From positions 35,936,001-36,000,000 of the forward strand of contig CP068257.2 in the NCBI GenBank assembly GCA_009914755.4: a DNA stretch of 64,000 nucleotides, in the 5' to 3' direction. The notes under the pieces are model-generated. The model was not told where the DNA came from. It did not search any database and saw nothing but the letters and a program-made list of their open reading frames with translations. The stretch is from the human T2T-CHM13v2.0 reference genome, Homo sapiens. This document shows, piece after piece, positions 54,857 through 64,000 of the stretch (positions within the stretch are counted from its first letter, which is position 1; each line of letters begins with the position of its first letter). Made by a program: the position numbers and the translations under genes.

Positions 54857-56770
54857 CCCTTGGATCTCTGTCTCCAAAACCTAAGCAGTCTTTGAGAAAT
54901 GTCAGGGCAAATGTCCCTTTCTTCCTCATGAGGCCATTTCTTACTGCTTACGCAGAAACTGATCTACTTTCTTTACATTCCAGCAAATTTGTTGTGCCTG
55001 TCCCTCTTCGTTTAGGTATTTCTAAAACTAGACTCAGTTACTTCACGTGTGAAGTGGGAAGCAGTATTTTCTCACAGGGTTTTGTGTGGTTCGATGCACT
55101 TAGCGCAGTGTTGTTGCATGGTAAGGGCTGGCAGCCATGGGATTACAGGCTTGTTGAGGACAGTGGGGGATGTTACTTTTTCTCAGAGTCTTCATAGTAA
55201 CTTGTCAAGGACATCACTCACTGTACTGCAAGTGTTCACTGAGTGCTCATGGCCAGCACTCAGGCAAGTGAATACACATTTGGAGTAATAAAATATGGGG
55301 CATCAGCTAACTTTCAGAATATTTTGAGTGGAGTTTTGTCCTTGTCTAGTTTTAGTTGCCTGTTGGGATCCCTGAGTATAAAAATACAAGTGTGTGCCTG
55401 CTCCCAGCATTGACGAGCTTCATGAACCTTGAAAATGGAACACTTTATTTCTCTGTAGGATGTGAGCATTTGATAAAGAACTCAAGTTCCTGAAAAAATT
55501 TCTGGAGACAAAGTTGAGGATCAAGTATCATCTGTGCTTCATTTCTTTTGGGAAGATGTGCGTTCTCTAGGTGTGGATATTGGAGTTGGCACACTGACAT
55601 GCACCCTAATGACCCTCAGCTTGGGGACCCAATTCTGACACCTGCTGGGCTTTGCTTTCTTTGCTTAACTAGTTCTTGAAAATTCTGTGTGATGGTGAGA
55701 ATAAGAAGTTCCAGGTACATAGAAACATGAATGTCCACAAACATGCAACCCCCAAACTAGATGCAGTCTTATCTTCAATCGCATAGATTCAAAATTAAAG
55801 AGACTATTGAAACCTTGGCACTGCTAGAGACTTTTGAACTAATAGCTTTCTGGAATAATTTTCTATCCTAAGAAATAGCTCACAGAACAACCCTATATTT
55901 TACTGGGCCATAGTAAACATTTTGGGCCTTAATATAATGCCATTTTATTAGGAAAGACAAATACAATGAATTATCTTATGATTAATAATGAAAAGTGGCC
56001 ACTATTTTCCATTACTGGTATATAACTAAAATAAAGCAGTAGTGCTACGGTTAAAATAAATCAGCTTAATTAAAATATTATGGTTTAAGCTTTTTGCCTC
56101 CTTAATTATCCTGTCTGGTTTAGTTTTTGTTTTGTTTTTCTGACTGGGGCCCTAGGTGCATGCTTTAGGGAGGGTAGAGCTGGATTTGGGTTAAAAGCAA
56201 ATTGTCAGTAGCCTGCTGGAGCTGAAGGAATTGCTCATGGATGAGCTGGCGAGATGCAGCCTCACATTTATTTTCTATCAATGATGCTGACCTTCCTTGG
56301 ACATTTTTCTACTGCAGAGAAGACCACAGTGCATGTCCAGTAGCACCTCATTTATCTAGAAGGCACCTACCTCACAGCTCATCTCTCTGCTACCGGGTTT
56401 AGTGGTGGTAATGACAGGGGAGCAGGACGTGGTCGGTGGGTGCTGTTGGAGACAAGTGTGTGGCTGGTAGTTAATTTCCCTGCTGCCAGCAAGGGAATCA
56501 GTTAAATGATGAAAACAGCTGAGACTTAAAGCTGAACCATCTGGGGTCATTTAGTGTAGAGGTACAGTCTAGAACTGATGGTGGTGTAGGTTGGAATGGA
56601 TACTAGAATTATTAAAGCAGAGACTATGGGGTTCAAATGTTTGTTGAAAAAGATGAGGAAACTACAGCAGATTAGTCTTTTTGCTTAAGCTTGCATGGAA
56701 TGTTCATCAAGTTAGACTGCATTCTGGGTCATAAAACATACCTTAACACATTTAAAAGAATAGAAATTCT

Positions 56771-60495
<3,725 letters not shown>

Positions 60496-60756
60496 AGGGG
60501 TGGAGGAAGCTATTTCCGACCAGTGAAATGATATACCCAGGACGACATTGCTCATCTGGGGGCAAAACCTGGTCTTCTGAGTCCAGGGTTCCTACCAAAC
60601 ACTGGAAGAAAGGCTGTTGCCTGCAGGTTCAGGGAAGTGTATGGTACATTTTTAAAATAATGCCACAGTGCATGCAGGGGAGGAACGCCAATCTTAAGGC
60701 TTTGATTTCTGGAAATTTACTTTTGTGGTGTCACTCATAACTGATTGGAAAGGATA

Positions 60757-61250
60757 AGAGTGTGTGTGTGTGTGTGTGTGTATCTGTGTGTGTGCGTATG
60801 CATGTGTCTGTGTCTGTGTGAGTATGCGTGTATCTCTGTGTGTATGCATGTGTCTGTGTGTCTGCGTGTGTGTGTATGCATGTGTCTGTGTGCGTGTATG
60901 CGTGTGTGTGTATGCATGTCTCTGTATGCATGTGTGTATGCATGTCTGTGTATGTGTGTGTGTGTATGCGTGTGTGTATGCATGTGTCTCTGTGTATGCA
61001 TGTCTGTGTATGCATGTCTGTGTATGCGTGTGTGTATGCATGTGTCTGTGTATGCGCGTGTGTGTATGCATGTGTCTCTATGCGTGTGTGTATGCATGTC
61101 TTGGTGTGTGTATGCATGTGCATGTATGTGTGTGTGTGTATGTGCATGTCTCTGTATGTGTGTATGCATGTGTCTGTGTGTATGTGTGTGTGTATGCATG
61201 TGTCTGTGTGTGTATTTGTGTGTGTGTATGTGTGTGTGTTATGTAGGGAG
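60757..61250. repeat. Compound (TG)n / (TGTGTATGCA[TG])n / (TGCGTG)n purine-pyrimidine repeat, ~490 bp
   Basis: GTGTGTGTGTGTGTGTGTGTGTATCTGTGTGTGTGCGTATGCATGTGTCTGTGTCTGTGTGAGTATGCGTGTATCTCTGTGTGTATGCATGTGTCTGTGTG... continuing to ...GTGTGTGTATTTGTGTGTGTGTATGTGTGTGTGTTATG. Confidence 0.95.
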
Positions 61251-61651
61251 AGGGTGCTTATATTGTTACTGTGTTACTTATGAAGGACTGGGGACATTAT
61301 TGTTGCATAGTGTAACATTCAGAGGAATCCTCATTCTTCTAGAAAAGGAAAAAATCTCTATGAAGGTGCACACAGGGAGGAACCATGTGATAACAGGCCA
61401 CATGTTTTGTTGATGCCTGTTGTCACAGAATTAGAAAATACACAGAAGAAATTCTTACAGTGCAGTTGTCGAGATTGCGGAAAGTTCTCATCTACCCTCT
61501 AATGCCCCATGAGACACAGCAAGCTGACCAGGTAAACTATGGACCCTGGGATCTTGTTAGGCCTGACTCCCACAGTGTGGGCATGGTTCAGGGATTTGAA
61601 TATTAATGTCCTCTTTCTGAAATCAGACCCTCGACTGACATTCCCAGCATT

Positions 61652-61791
61652 TTTTTTTTTTTTTTTTTTTTTGAGACGGAGTCTCGCTCTGTCGCCCAGG
61701 TCGGACTGCGGACTGCAGTGGCGCAATCTCGGCTCACTGCAAGCTCCGCTTCCCGGGTTCACGCCATTCTCCTGCCTCAGCCTCCCGAGTA
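61652..61791 (-). mobile_element. 5'-truncated AluYb8-like element (3' ~120 bp + poly-A), perfect 9-bp TSD
   Basis: T(21)GAGACGGAGTCTCGCTCTGTCGCCCAGGTCGGACTGCGGACTGCAGTGGCGCAATCTCGGCTCACTGCAAGCTCCGCTTCCCGGGTTCACGCCATTCTCCTGCCTCAGCCTCCCGAGTA; GGACTGCGGACTGCAG is the rc of the Yb-lineage GCAGTCCG duplication; TSD CCCAGCATT at 61643-61651 and 61792-61800. Confidence 0.8.
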
Positions 61792-63329
61792 CCCAGCATT
61801 CTTAAGCAGTACCATGTCCAGAATTTCTCCAGGGTTTGTGTTCAGTACGGTGGCTGCAGAATTGTTACTGGTGAGCAGAGTTTATTCTTGCCTGGTCCAT
61901 GGGGCCAGACTAAATTGAGCTCTGAAAGTTTCAGTGGTAAATTCCACTTTACCTTTTATGCCAATATAGGGGAGTCTATTCTCAAGTTCAAAGCCAAATG
62001 GAAAATGGCAAGTTCAAGAAGAAATAGTATTCTGGAACTTTGCTCTGGGGGCAAAAATGAGTATTTCTGATTTGAAATCAGGTTTTCTGAAAGAATCCAT
62101 AAGTAAATTTTAAAATTGCTTTTGTTTATATTTGTGCTTATTAAAACACTCCCTGTTCTGGACCAATCTTAATCTTCTAGGCAGAATTTATTTAGTGTTA
62201 AGAAAATGGCAACTCTTTGGACATCTGTTACATGGGATAATACAAAAATAATTTCGAAAATTTTTTAAAGGCAAATGTGACTGGAGTGTGGGCATGAGTG
62301 TGATATGAGGATGATGGCTTGAAGAAGAGCCTTTTAAGAAGCAATTTGGCCACCTAAGTGCATCCCATCTTAGGAAGAAAGGATGGGAATACCCCAGACC
62401 TGGCGTGCGGAGGGAGCTCCTGGGTGCTGGGTCCTACTCCACATTGCCTTGGGTTCTCCCAAGGCTGTCTGCAGGTGGAGCAGCCCTAGGGACCCTCCGC
62501 CCCATGGGGCCTCTGCCAGGTCTCCTCGAGCCTGCGGGAGAGTGGTCCACACTGAGAGGCTGGGAGTTACCATGGCAGCCAAGCACATCCTCGGTAACCA
62601 GGCACCCACAAGTGCTGGGAGTTTCCCCAGAGTACAGTCTGTGCAGACAGTGGGAAAGGAAAGAGCACTTTGCCAACACAGGCAGACACTTGGGGAGTCA
62701 ATCATTTTGGAATCCTATGAACTTGTGAGTTCACTGTTGTCTCTGTGTGGCTCTTGGTTAAGACGAGGAAGCACTGGGCTGAATAAAGATGTTCAGGAGC
62801 TTCTTTGGCAAGCTGGTCCCCTAATGGCATGCTGCAAAGGACAAGAAGATCCCACTGGACCAGTCCAGCTGTCCTTTCAGCACAAGACCTAACTTTATGC
62901 TGCTCTCGTCAGTTACCGGGCTGAGACCATGTATACGCCCAACCATCACTCATAGACTCTCTGGGCAATTATGAAGCAGGAACAAAATGTACTTTTATAT
63001 ATATATATATGGTTAGACTCTGAACATATACGCTCGGTTAAAATTGGTGGTGGCTATTAAGTGGTAAGGAATAGGACTAACCCCAATAATAGGTTGCTGG
63101 ATTGTGGATGCTCAAAAATGATATTAACCTTCCAACGGGGGTGCCAGGAAAAGTGAAGTTTTCATGGTGAGATGAGGGAGCAAATTAAGAGAGAGCAGCT
63201 GGGGGGAATGGTTGGCTGACAATCTGCCATCACCCGAAAGCTGTGTGGGCACCAGGAGACAGCATAAGTTGTGTCTGTCAGTGCTGCAATGCAGAGTTCC
63301 TTGCAGATAATAACGGGACTTGAAATTGA

Positions 63330-63888
<559 letters not shown>

Positions 63889-64000
63889 TTGTGAGATTTC
63901 TTAGCCAGGGTGGGATTCTATTGGTTGTGGGGTGGCTCAAACAAACCAAACTCCCAGCCTTACTCAAAAAGAGGGACCAGGTCAGACTATCTGGAGAGAG

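Noticed and set aside
60694-61413. Five ORFs of 125-222 aa on both strands (HTHTHT.., CVCVCV..)
   Set aside because: Translation of the (TG)n/(TGTGTATGCA)n compound repeat in different frames and strands.
62383-62892. 169-aa + ORF with overlapping ORFs on both strands (62370-62728)
   Set aside because: The region is GC-rich with mutually overlapping ORFs on both strands. It has no splice-site framing, no recognisable motif, and a random-looking composition. It is most likely non-coding, but I could not run a homology search; a blastp of the 169-aa product would settle it.

Overview
This window is human (primate) genomic DNA, not a prokaryotic locus. I see no operon-like gene system and no long intact protein-coding gene. 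The sequence is dominated by interspersed repeats, all identified by eye from consensus similarity, with coordinates accurate to roughly +/-10 bp. It holds about 25 Alu elements on both strands, several with clear target-site duplications. Two belong to young families: an AluYa5-like copy inside a provirus and a truncated AluYb8-like copy. There are MaLR LTRs (THE1/MST and MLT1 types). A 5'-truncated old L1 lies at about 57.0-60.5 kb with a recognisable ORF2 reverse-transcriptase remnant. Other L1 pieces are present, plus a non-autonomous Tigger2-like DNA transposon and a MER5A-like hAT element. A truncated HERV-H provirus sits on the minus strand at about 34.4-38.9 kb: 5' LTR7, a tRNA-His primer-binding site, and gag, protease and partial pol remnants; the 3' half is missing. 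A CpG island of about 0.8 kb (roughly 9.93-10.74 kb) is the only strong candidate promoter. It carries two identical CACGTGAC E-boxes flanking a (GTCCGC)n mini-repeat, a GC/KLF box, and a Kozak-context ATG opening a 12-codon ORF that ends at a usable splice donor. About 5 kb downstream are two splice-site-flanked segments, 15502-15599 and 15645-15705, that stay open only in the phase that ORF would impose. Together these are the best, still unproven, evidence for a + strand transcript. Large simple-sequence blocks are also present: a (CCAT/CCACCCATC)n minisatellite of about 0.9 kb, a compound (TG)n repeat of about 0.5 kb, a (TTTC)n/(TTCC)n tract of about 235 bp, a polypurine GA-rich tract, and A-rich, (AAAT)n and (CAA)n Alu tails. 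I could not call any RNA gene with confidence. Long ORFs on the track inside the CpG island, the minisatellites or the retroelements are compositional or repeat artefacts.
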